Made by a program: the position numbers and the translations under genes. 36,279 nucleotides of DNA, from positions 1-36,279 of the IMG/VR virus record IMGVR_UViG_3300021411_000015; one strand, 5' to 3'. Of the stretch, positions 27,021 through 35,024 are shown in pieces. Below the pieces are notes generated by a model. It did not search any database. It saw only the letters and a list, made by a program, of their open reading frames with translations, and had not been told where the DNA came from. Position 1 is the stretch's first letter. Every line of letters begins with the position of its first letter. Source of the DNA: a virus (lineage: Duplodnaviria > Caudoviricetes).

Positions 27021-27275
27021 ATGAACCAGACCGAGACGAAGGTAGTCGCGGGCGCGGCCGGCGGTGGCGCGGGCGCCATCACCGCCGGGTTCGTGGATTA
27101 CCTGCTCGGCATTACTGCGTACAACCACGGCGCCGTACCGACGGTCGTGCAGTCGTTTGTGCTGTTGGTCATCTCTGGCGGGCTGGCGTTCGTCGCCGGC
27201 TGGCTCGCGCCGCACACGCCGCAGCCGGCTCCCGTCGTCGAGCCCGTCGCCCCCGTCGTTCCCCCGGCTGTATAG
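27021..27275 (+). CDS. Holin (2 TM)
   Basis: ETKV.A.A.G ... VP.....V......F.AGWLAPHTP pattern of actinophage holins; directly after endolysin. Confidence 0.75.
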   Translation: MNQTETKVVAGAAGGGAGAITAGFVDYLLGITAYNHGAVPTVVQSFVLLVISGGLAFVAGWLAPHTPQPAPVVEPVAPVVPPAV

Positions 27276-27284
27276 GACCAAACC

Positions 27285-29279
27285 ATGACGTTCCCCGGAA
27301 ACCTGACCCCCGTCACCGTGACGGGAACAATGGAAGACTTCAACGGTGTACCGCTGAAGTCCGCTAATATGGTGTTCGTTCCGACTCAGGAATGGGTCAG
27401 GGATCCGTCCGCTGGATTCTTCTTCTACGGAACCCCGCCGCCGAAGTGTGTCACCGACGCCACAAGTGGCGTATTCACCATCGATCTGCTGCCGACCAAC
27501 GATCCCGATTCGACGCCCATTAACTGGACGTACACGATGACGATCACCGGCATGGACAACGCGTCCCCGCCGGCAGCATTCACCAAGCAGTATTCGGCGT
27601 CGGTCGCGGCGGACTCTGGAACGCTGAAGCTTGCTGCGCTGATCCAGGACGGCCCAAGCAACGGCACGGTCAACCCGGTCACGATGGAGCAGCTCGCCGA
27701 CTGGGATGCCACCACGGCACCAACGAACACGCAGGTTCCGGTCTACAACTCCACCACTCACAAATGGGCTCCCGGGAGCGGTGGCGGCGGCGGCCTTCCC
27801 GGCGGCGGTACCGACGGGCAGTTCGTCGGTCACGTCTCCGGATCGGCAGCCTGGGCGACGATCACCCCGACCAGCCTCACCCCGGCCGCCGCAGCAGTCG
27901 GTGCCGCGCCGACCGCACACGCACCATCACACGCGATCGCCGGCTCCGATCCATTAACGCCAGCCGCGATCGGGGCGCCGACACTGGCGCAGCTCACCCA
28001 ACTCAAGGGCAACTGCGTCTTCTACGTCGAGGACTACGGCGCGGTCGGGAACGGCACGACCGACGACACGGCGGCGGTCAAGGCCTGTATTGCCGCAGCC
28101 ATCGCGAACGCCATTTCTACGGGTAACAACTACGCCGAGGTCAGATTCCAGGCCAAGACGTACGCACTCAATGGCGCCCTCACCCAGGGTGGCAGCACAT
28201 TCGGCAACGCCGTCATTCCGCTGCCCATCATCGGCATGACCGCAAACTGTGTCACGCTCTGCCTCAAGGGCGCGGGCGAAACATCGGCGCTTCCGATCTG
28301 GCTGCAGACCACGCCGCAGAAAACCGGCACCGTCCTGTCGACCACAACCGCCGGGACGAACCACGCCACCTACGGCGAGGCCACGCTGATCGGTGGGCCG
28401 AACGTCAAGCAGTACGGTGCCGGCAACACGTGGAACAATATGCAGGTCGTCATCGACGGCATACAGTTGCTGCTGCCATCCGATCCGCACATTTGTGGCT
28501 TCGACTTCGACGCGACCGCGCAGGTCATCATCAATTCCGCCGCGGTGTATACCAACTCCGGTGTGACCACGACGGTTGTGCCGACGCAGTCCTGGCAGTT
28601 CGGGTTGCGCATGCCGAACAGCGATAACCAGTCGCTGGAGATAATTGACCGGTTCTCCGTCGAGGGCTGTTTCTTCGGGCTCGACATAGCTGAGCACACC
28701 GTGCTCCGGTCGTTCTATGCGCTGTACTGCAACATCGGGATCAACTGCGTCTCACAGAACGCGACCCCGCATACCTGCCTCATCGAATACGCCAATATCG
28801 AATGGTGCATTTGGGCGGCCATCCAAACGTCGGCGTCGTCGGGATCGTTCAAGATTCAGGCGCAGTGCATCGACATCGAGGTCGGCGGTTCCTCCAACCC
28901 GAGCGGGTTCAACGGACCGAGTCACGTCATCGACGACACCGGTAACAAGGCGTGGGGGCAGATCGGGATCCGGTCCGCGTCCGATCCGTTGATTACCGCC
29001 GCCCGGGTGATCGGCGGCGCCACACTGGAGCTGATCGACCTCGGGCGAAACCTCGGCGCCGTGACCGCACCAACCGTTCCCGCGGCGAGCACGGACTTCA
29101 CTCACCAGTTCTTCCGTGTCGCCGCGGTGAATATCAGCGGCGGCACCGGGGTAGCCATCTCCGTGGATGGCCAATCCACGGGATTATCGGCAGGGACGGT
29201 CATCATCCCGTCCAACAAAAAGATCAACCTGGGCGCCTATTCCGTGGCGCCGACGTGGGTCTGGACGTTGATCGCATGA
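27285..29279 (+). CDS. Tail spike-like protein: N-terminal anchor + pectate-lyase-like beta-helix
   Basis: N-terminal VTVTG...G.P...G.F.I.L.PT.D anchor, Gly linker, HA.SHA..GSDP.TP motif, 'VEDYGAVGNGTTDDTAAVKACI' beta-helix cap, long beta-rich body. Confidence 0.8.
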   Translation: MTFPGNLTPVTVTGTMEDFNGVPLKSANMVFVPTQEWVRDPSAGFFFYGTPPPKCVTDATSGVFTIDLLPTNDPDSTPINWTYTMTITGMDNASPPAAFTKQYSASVAADSGTLKLAALIQDGPSNGTVNPVTMEQLADWDATTAPTNTQVPVYNSTTHKWAPGSGGGGGLPGGGTDGQFVGHVSGSAAWATITPTSLTPAAAAVGAAPTAHAPSHAIAGSDPLTPAAIGAPTLAQLTQLKGNCVFYVEDYGAVGNGTTDDTAAVKACIAAAIANAISTGNNYAEVRFQAKTYALNGALTQGGSTFGNAVIPLPIIGMTANCVTLCLKGAGETSALPIWLQTTPQKTGTVLSTTTAGTNHATYGEATLIGGPNVKQYGAGNTWNNMQVVIDGIQLLLPSDPHICGFDFDATAQVIINSAAVYTNSGVTTTVVPTQSWQFGLRMPNSDNQSLEIIDRFSVEGCFFGLDIAEHTVLRSFYALYCNIGINCVSQNATPHTCLIEYANIEWCIWAAIQTSASSGSFKIQAQCIDIEVGGSSNPSGFNGPSHVIDDTGNKAWGQIGIRSASDPLITAARVIGGATLELIDLGRNLGAVTAPTVPAASTDFTHQFFRVAAVNISGGTGVAISVDGQSTGLSAGTVIIPSNKKINLGAYSVAPTWVWTLIA

Positions 29280-30328
29280 CCGGTCGCCATCACGTCACGC
29301 GGACGCGGACCAAGGTCGGTCTACTTATTACAGGACTGCTCGCTGGTTCGGTCGCGGCCGTCACCCTCGCCGCATCAGGGCAGACCGGAAGCACCGTACA
29401 GGGCAATCAGACCTGCAGCTTCGCCATCGCGGACGGGGTTGTGTCGCCGCTGGCGTGCGTCGCCGCACCCACGACCGCGCCGCCCACGACGGAACCTCCG
29501 ACGGCGACAGGCCCATCGGCCACTGCGACAACGCCGACCGTCACGAGCTCGGGAACGGAACTCCCGCCGTACTGGCCCGACGCGAGTAATACCGGCTACC
29601 CGGCCGGGACGGTCCTGCATTCCTGCCCATCCACCGTCACCGCCGGCGGGCTGTATAACGCCTGCAAATTCTCCGGCGGCGTCATCGTGAAAGCCAACAA
29701 TGTCGTCATCACGAACTCGCTGATCACCGGGCAAGTCATCGCAGGCGACGGTGCTGAAACCGGTCTGTCCATTTCGGATACGACCATCGACTGCGGGTGC
29801 CTGTCCACGTCGACGCAAACGCCGCCGGCCGTGGCGTTCTCCAACTTCGTGCTGAAACGCGACAACATCATGCACTCAGGCCACGGTGTGCAGATCAACG
29901 ACAACGCCACCGTCGAAGACTCCTACATTCACGACTTGGGCGCCAATAACTCGGCCCATAAAGACGCGATCATATCGAACGGCGGAGGCCATGCGACCAT
30001 CCGGCACAACAACCTGGAATGCGCCGCCACCGGCTGCTCCGCCGCTATTGGCCTGTTCGGTGACTTCGGGCAGATCAACGGCTGGACCATTGACCACAAC
30101 CTGCTGAACACGACCGGCTCATACTGCCTGTACGGCGGCGACGCGACCGCGAAGGCCTATAACACCGCGATCAACATCGTCGTCACCGACAACCACTTCG
30201 GTACGAAGGATTACGCCAAATGCGGCCAGTACGGCCCGGTGGCGTATTTCGACTACAACGCCGGCAACGTCTGGTCCGGCAACGTTTGGGACGGCGGCAC
30301 TTTGGCGGGGAAGGCCGTATCGCCATGA
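29276..30328 (+). CDS. Secreted/membrane-anchored right-handed beta-helix protein
   Basis: ATGA-coupled start 29276; basic N-terminus + hydrophobic signal, Pro/Thr linker, WPDASNTG motif, repeats such as VEDSYIHDL / H.DAI / IRHN.L / IDHNLL / VWSGNVW. Confidence 0.75.
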   Translation: MTGRHHVTRTRTKVGLLITGLLAGSVAAVTLAASGQTGSTVQGNQTCSFAIADGVVSPLACVAAPTTAPPTTEPPTATGPSATATTPTVTSSGTELPPYWPDASNTGYPAGTVLHSCPSTVTAGGLYNACKFSGGVIVKANNVVITNSLITGQVIAGDGAETGLSISDTTIDCGCLSTSTQTPPAVAFSNFVLKRDNIMHSGHGVQINDNATVEDSYIHDLGANNSAHKDAIISNGGGHATIRHNNLECAATGCSAAIGLFGDFGQINGWTIDHNLLNTTGSYCLYGGDATAKAYNTAINIVVTDNHFGTKDYAKCGQYGPVAYFDYNAGNVWSGNVWDGGTLAGKAVSP

Positions 30329-30515
30329 GCTTACGGACTGGACCTAAGCCTACGTCTGCAGAGAGTCGATTTTGGACCAAGGTTGATAGATCGGCCGGCG
30401 CATCTACTGGAACGGGAGACACCGAAATTGCCGTATATGCACCATAGCCGCAGAGCGCAGGAAACGGGCGGCCCGAATTTACGGACCCAATGCCGGCAAA
30501 GCAGTGAACCCATGA
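30325..30515 (+). pseudogene. Internally deleted HNH homing endonuclease remnant
   Basis: Frame A from ATG 30325: ...ESRFWTKVDRS (HNH N-terminus). Frame B from ~30402: IYWNGRHRNCRICTIAAERRKR (C-terminal RxCRxC), stop at 30515. HNH core is absent; segment is AT-richer. Confidence 0.7.
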
Positions 30516-30524
30516 GGACGGACC

Positions 30525-31283
30525 ATGCCTGACATTCCCGCCTACGTTCCCGTCCATGCCACCTGGGATGACTACCCCACCATTGACACCCCGATCAACG
30601 CTGCCGGACTGGAGCACATCGAGGCCGGGCTCGGGGCGGCAACAGATCAGGCCAATGCCGCACTGGACACCGCCGTGGCCGCAGGATCCGCAGCCAGCAC
30701 AGCGCAGACCACCGGCAACGCCGCGCTGGTCAAGACGCAGAACCTGGCCGACCTGCCCGACAAGGCGGCCAGTCGAAGTTCCCTCGGTCTCGGCACCGCT
30801 GCGCAGCAGGCCACCGGATTCTTTGATCCGTCCGGCGCCGCCAGTACCGCCCAGTCTGCGGCCATCGCGGCGGCGGCGACCGATGCCACCACGAAAGCCG
30901 GCAACGCCCAGACGGCGGCCATCTCGGCTGCCGCAACGGACGCGACCAACAAGGTGACGGCTGCCATCACCGAGACGGTCAACACCGTCGCCACATCGGG
31001 TGCGACGCAGACGATCCCGGACGTGACGACGGCGACGTTGCACCGGATCACGCTGACCGCGAACTGCACGCTCACCTTCCCGGCGGCGGTGGCGGGGAAG
31101 TCATTCACGCTCGTGCTCACCCAGGACGGCACCGGTTCCCGGACCGTCACTTGGCCGACGGTGGCATGGCCGGGTGGCGTCGCACCGACGTTGACCACGA
31201 CCGCGGCGAAGCGGGACATCATCACGTTCCTGTCCGCCGATGGCACATCCTGGCTTGGGATGATTGCGGGGCAAAACCTGTGA
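30525..31283 (+). CDS. Tail fibre-like protein
   Basis: N-terminal W.D.P...TPINA..L..IEAG anchor motif, QNLADL, Ala-rich shaft repeat, C-terminal TLTANCTLTFP...FTLVLTQDGTGSRTVTWP...PTL....D domain. Confidence 0.75.
   Translation: MPDIPAYVPVHATWDDYPTIDTPINAAGLEHIEAGLGAATDQANAALDTAVAAGSAASTAQTTGNAALVKTQNLADLPDKAASRSSLGLGTAAQQATGFFDPSGAASTAQSAAIAAAATDATTKAGNAQTAAISAAATDATNKVTAAITETVNTVATSGATQTIPDVTTATLHRITLTANCTLTFPAAVAGKSFTLVLTQDGTGSRTVTWPTVAWPGGVAPTLTTTAAKRDIITFLSADGTSWLGMIAGQNL
30849..30953 (+). repeat. Imperfect tandem 57-nt (19-aa) repeat in fibre shaft
   Basis: AQSAAIAAAATDATTKAGN / AQTAAISAAATDATNK. Confidence 0.6.
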
Positions 31284-32554
31284 GGCATGGCTCGACGAGG
31301 ATGCGGCAGGCAGCGGCCGGGTTCATCCCGCCGCTGCCGATCACCAACCTCGTCGCCCGGTTTGACGCCACCCAGGGCGTCGCCGCGACCGCTGGCGTCA
31401 TCACCCAGTGGAATGACATCTCCGGCAACGGCAACAACGCCACCGAGGCCACGAAGGGGCCGCTTGTCCGGGCCGACTACCTGGGTAACCCGATCGTCCG
31501 GTTCAACGGCAATCACCAGCTCACCTTCGCCGGCGCCCAAGTCTTCGACGCCCGCAACACTGCCGTGTTCGCGGTCGGCCGGATGTATGGCGGCACCTTG
31601 TTCGGGATCGTCGGCTATGCCGGTGGCGCCGGGAACCTGCGTAACCCCGGCAACCCGAACAACAAATGGTTCGCGGTCACCCAGAACATGCTGCTACAGC
31701 CGATCGTCAATCCCATGCTGCTGGGCTCGGCAACGGCCTCCGGGAACACGACTGGTGTCACGAACTACCGCACCGCCCCGACCGGTTCACCGGTGAACTC
31801 CGGATCTGGAACTGGCGGCGCGACGCTCGGCATGTTCAACGCTGGCGCGTTCGGTGTGCTTGACCTAGCAGAGGTCGCCGTCTACACCACGCCGCCATCA
31901 CTGGCTGCGGTGCAGGCCTACTTCAACACGAAATATCGGCTGCGCTCGACCCCGTATGCGAAGGCTGTCACGTTCGAGGGCGATTCGATCACCGCCGGGT
32001 TTGGCCTGGCCGAGTCGATGCTGTCGTTCCCGGATCAGATCATGCGCGCGTCAGTCGCGGACTGGCAGATGATCAACCTGGGGTCCTCCGGTGCGACCGT
32101 GACCACGCTGACGTCCCGCGCGACCACGACCGACAGTATGATCACGGCCGGCGCCCGCAACGTCCTCGCGGTCCTGATCGGCCGCAACGATGCCGCAGTA
32201 GGCGGAGTCACTGCCGCGCAGGTCTACACCTCCATTCAGACCTACGTGCAGGCCCGCGTCACCGCCGGCTGGGAAGTCTGGGTGGGGACCTGCATCGGCA
32301 CAGGCTCGGCCGTGCAGGCCGTCCTTGATCCGCTGAACCAACTGCTCCGCGGCACGCCGCTGGGTGGGACCGGGCCGGGGATCATCGCCGATGCTGGCGC
32401 GACCAAGGTCATCGACTACGGCGCGCAGACCCACTTCATCACCTCGGCCGACGCCGCGAACACGACCTACTACCAGGCTGATTCCACTCACCCGACCGTC
32501 ACGGGGGCTGCCTTGCTCGCCACCTACGCCGCCTCCGTTCTGGCTGCGGCATGA
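31280..32554 (+). CDS. LamG/ConA-like domain + SGNH/GDSL hydrolase (esterase/deacetylase)
   Basis: GTGA-coupled start 31280; 'WNDISGNGNNA' LamG-like N-part; SGNH blocks FEGDSIT, NLGSSG, LIGRND, DSTHP. Confidence 0.85.
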   Translation: MRHGSTRMRQAAAGFIPPLPITNLVARFDATQGVAATAGVITQWNDISGNGNNATEATKGPLVRADYLGNPIVRFNGNHQLTFAGAQVFDARNTAVFAVGRMYGGTLFGIVGYAGGAGNLRNPGNPNNKWFAVTQNMLLQPIVNPMLLGSATASGNTTGVTNYRTAPTGSPVNSGSGTGGATLGMFNAGAFGVLDLAEVAVYTTPPSLAAVQAYFNTKYRLRSTPYAKAVTFEGDSITAGFGLAESMLSFPDQIMRASVADWQMINLGSSGATVTTLTSRATTTDSMITAGARNVLAVLIGRNDAAVGGVTAAQVYTSIQTYVQARVTAGWEVWVGTCIGTGSAVQAVLDPLNQLLRGTPLGGTGPGIIADAGATKVIDYGAQTHFITSADAANTTYYQADSTHPTVTGAALLATYAASVLAAA

Positions 32555-32913
32555 CCACGCCCGCCTATCCCGGCCTGGCGATCCCCGGCGCGACGACTCC
32601 CGGCGACCTGCGAGTAGGGACAGGCACCGTCGAAGTCACCAACATCGTGAAAGGCCCAGATGGCACGCCAGTCGTGGGCCTGAAGGTCTACGCCCAACTG
32701 GTCGCGTCGGCGCCGTGGCTCAACGACAACACCGAGATCGCGAACTGGGCGACCGCGGTCACCGACGACACGGGGGCCTGGTCGATGCAGCTGTACCCGA
32801 CCGGCGACTACGCCGCGACCGGCGCCTACTACCGGATCCGGGAAGGTGCGAGCACGTGGACCATCTCGGTCACAACCGGCGGCCCGGTGCGAGGTCAGTT
32901 GATGACGCCGTGA
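32551..32913 (+). CDS. Stand-alone tail anchor-like domain (120 aa)
   Basis: PDGTPV.G..V...TDDTGAWSM.L.PT.D....YY.I.E resembles the N-terminal domain of 27285..29279. Confidence 0.6.
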   Translation: MTTPAYPGLAIPGATTPGDLRVGTGTVEVTNIVKGPDGTPVVGLKVYAQLVASAPWLNDNTEIANWATAVTDDTGAWSMQLYPTGDYAATGAYYRIREGASTWTISVTTGGPVRGQLMTP

Positions 32914-34022
32914 CCGTTGCCTACGTCGGCCTGCCCTACACGGTCATCGACGCCCCGACCGACGCTGCAGTGCAAGCCGGCATCACGGCGTGGCTGGCGG
33001 ACAAGACGCCGGCGGGGATGATGCGTACCCGGCTGCTGTTCAACTGGATCGGCACCGCGAAACTCCTCACGCCTCTACTGCCGGCCGGGACGGGCCAGTT
33101 GCAGGGCGTGATCTGGGAAGGCCTAGCCAAACGCGGCACGATCCTGCAGTGGGCATCAGTGGACCCGATCGTGTCCGCGCGGGGGCAGCTCCGAAATTTC
33201 CGGTTCGGCCGGTTCAGTCTGCAATCGGTCGTCCCAAACGCGGGCGGCCTGTATCTGCTGTCCTCGGCTGCCGCGTCCAACCAGGACGGCGCGCTGGAGG
33301 ACGTCGAATGGATGGGGTCGTGGGCATACGGGTTCGGCTTGAACGGGCCGGCGACCGCGAACCTGAACAGCGAGATCGCGTTCATCCGATGCGCCTTGAG
33401 CAACGACGCGAGCTTTACGAACGCCTGGTTGTGGTCCGGGATGACGCCGTCGCATCCGCAGGAAGACCAATTCGTGAACTACCACCTGCAGGACTGCAAG
33501 CTGGAGGGCTCGCACGGGACGTGGATCCGGATGGACAAGGGCGGCTGCGTCGTCGCTGACGGCTTCAACTCCTGGCTGCACACCGGCCAGTCCAACCTCG
33601 ACGCGAAGGGCCAGCCGCAACCAGCCGGCACGATGGTCATCCTCGGTCCGGGCCCCCATGCGGACGGGGTGCAGATGTTCCACGCCACCGGGGTCCGCGC
33701 GGAGCTGCGGTCCGCGCAGTCCCGGCTGATCGACTCGGCCTGGGGTGCGGGCGGGCACGTCACCTTCTCGGGGCTATCCGACGCCGCCGACTCGTTCAAG
33801 GTCGGCAACGTGCAGTCCGCGACGTACCGCGGCGCGGGCCGTGTTTCCTACCGTGACTGCGAGCTCGGCGGCTGGCATGGTGTCACCGGCATCGCACCAC
33901 TGCAGGTCACCTACGACTCGTGCTCCAGTAGGTACGGGAACACCTTTCAGGCCGGTCCACTCGGCAGCACGGCGCAGCTCCGCTACGACACGGCCGCGAA
34001 GCCGCTCGTCACCGCCCGCTAG
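32910..34022 (+). CDS. Beta-helix-like (depolymerase-like) protein without anchor
   Basis: GTG 32910 overlapping upstream TGA; 'TDAAVQAGI' cap-like helix, 'GLAKRGTILQW', beta-rich repeats (LEDVE, FIRC, LQDC, YRDC). Confidence 0.6.
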   Translation: MTVAYVGLPYTVIDAPTDAAVQAGITAWLADKTPAGMMRTRLLFNWIGTAKLLTPLLPAGTGQLQGVIWEGLAKRGTILQWASVDPIVSARGQLRNFRFGRFSLQSVVPNAGGLYLLSSAAASNQDGALEDVEWMGSWAYGFGLNGPATANLNSEIAFIRCALSNDASFTNAWLWSGMTPSHPQEDQFVNYHLQDCKLEGSHGTWIRMDKGGCVVADGFNSWLHTGQSNLDAKGQPQPAGTMVILGPGPHADGVQMFHATGVRAELRSAQSRLIDSAWGAGGHVTFSGLSDAADSFKVGNVQSATYRGAGRVSYRDCELGGWHGVTGIAPLQVTYDSCSSRYGNTFQAGPLGSTAQLRYDTAAKPLVTAR

Positions 34023-34041
34023 ACCCGCACCACCCCCAGCA

Positions 34042-34091
34042 CCCCCGCACTGCTCTCTCGTCTTCCTCGTCGATCGAGAGCGGTGCGGGGG
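34042..34091. terminator. Hairpin ending late operon / convergent gene
   Basis: CCCCCGCACTGCTCTC (34042-34057) / GAGAGCGGTGCGGGGG (34076-34091): 16 bp with one G-U; between convergent stops. Confidence 0.7.
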
Positions 34092-34274
34092 CTATTCGTG
34101 TTTCTGGCGGATGCCGAGCTGCCGGCGCAAGTCGTTCAGGTCCCACCGGTATTGGCCGCCTGGCGTGGTGAACGCGGGTGTCACCTTGCCCTCGCGGGCC
34201 CATGTCCCCAGCGTGGTCTTGCCGATGCCGAGGACTTTCGCCGCGACCGGTGTGGAGACGTACTCGGGCGGCAT
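34092..34274 (-). CDS. MerR-type HTH (excisionase/BldC-like) protein, 60 aa
   Basis: MPPEYVSTPVAAKVLGIGKTTLGTWAREGKVTPAFTTPGGQYRWDLNDLRRQL: 'TL..WA..G......TPGG..R' signature. Confidence 0.82.
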   Translation of the reverse strand: MPPEYVSTPVAAKVLGIGKTTLGTWAREGKVTPAFTTPGGQYRWDLNDLRRQLGIRQKHE

Positions 34275-34372
34275 GCCGTCATGATCACATCCGGAGCGGC
34301 CGAGACGGACCCAATCAGACTTGTCTGCCGAAATAGTCCGGATGGGTTTGTCGGTCCATTCGGTCCCGATGG

Positions 34373-34381
34373 TGCTAGGTT
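34373..34381 (+). promoter_or_regulatory. Extended -10 promoter (TGcTAGGTT)
   Basis: TGn-TANNNT match about 40 nt upstream of the TTG at 34421. Confidence 0.45.
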
Positions 34382-34420
34382 GGATACCTTCCGTTGAGCG
34401 CACATCTACGGGGAGTGATC

Positions 34421-34561
34421 TTGAATCGGCCGGTGCACTGCCATCGCTGCCCGAAACCCGCCGTGTTCGAGGTGACCCGCACCCACGACCTTCCGTTGCG
34501 TTTCTACTGCCGCGCGCACCTGCACACCTCCTCCGCGGTCGCGGTCCGGAAGGTCGCCTAA
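34421..34561 (+). CDS. Small zinc-finger-like protein (46 aa)
   Basis: GGGGAG RBS, TTG start; MNRPVHCHRCPKPAVFEVTRTHDLPLRFYCRAHLHTSSAVAVRKVA* (CxxC...CxxH); followed by hairpin; not in ORF track. Confidence 0.65.
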   Translation: MNRPVHCHRCPKPAVFEVTRTHDLPLRFYCRAHLHTSSAVAVRKVA

Positions 34562-34566
34562 GACAG

Positions 34567-34606
34567 CCGCCCCACGCTCCATGGGTAACGGGGGAGCGTG
34601 GGGCGG
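34567..34606. terminator. Hairpin between convergent Zn-finger and XRE genes
   Basis: CCGCCCCACGCTCC (34567-34580) / GGAGCGTGGGGCGG (34593-34606): perfect 14-bp stem. Confidence 0.7.
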
Positions 34607-34619
34607 TAATCAAATGGGC

Positions 34620-34955
34620 CTACGTACTGGGTATGCCGCCCAAGTAAAGCCGTGCGTCGCGGATGGCCGTCTCGGCGCAGCTCAGCGCTAATAACGCGGC
34701 GTCGTTGGCGTGCTGCGGCAAGCCCTCGCGATCTATGAGGGCCAGGCCGAGGATGCGGCCCAGATCGACAGCCTCGCCGTATCGCGGCGGGCGTTCTCCG
34801 GACTCGAATCGCTCGACCGTCTGCTGATGCCATCGCCAGCCAAACGCTGCCATCCGCTTGGCCACATCGGTCTGATTCAGCCCAAGTACTTCGCGGCGAA
34901 CTCTCGCGGCATCGACGAATTCCTTTTGAATCTGTGCGCCACCCATTGACTCCAT
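34620..34955 (-). CDS. XRE-family HTH transcriptional regulator (possible repressor); start may be 34946
   Basis: RREVLGLNQTDVAKRM...WHQQTVERFESGER....EAVDLGRILG. Confidence 0.85.
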   Translation of the reverse strand: MESMGGAQIQKEFVDAARVRREVLGLNQTDVAKRMAAFGWRWHQQTVERFESGERPPRYGEAVDLGRILGLALIDREGLPQHANDAALLALSCAETAIRDARLYLGGIPST

Positions 34956-34971
34956 CCTTCCTCTATGCAGG

Positions 34972-35011
34972 GCTGCCCCGCATCCCCCGTGGGGTTGGAA
35001 TGCGGGACAGC
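34972..35011 (-). terminator. Imperfect hairpin downstream of Ltp gene
   Basis: Minus strand GCTGTCCCGCAT...ATGCGGGGCAGC with one G-U pair. Confidence 0.5.
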
Positions 35012-35024
35012 GGACCAGTGGGGT

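Noticed and set aside
34092-34613. ORF-track extended starts (173-aa version here; also 32364, 31151, 28952, 26826, 15519, 14661, 8447)
   Set aside because: Upstream extensions overlap real genes; internal starts with RBS or stop-start coupling fit better.
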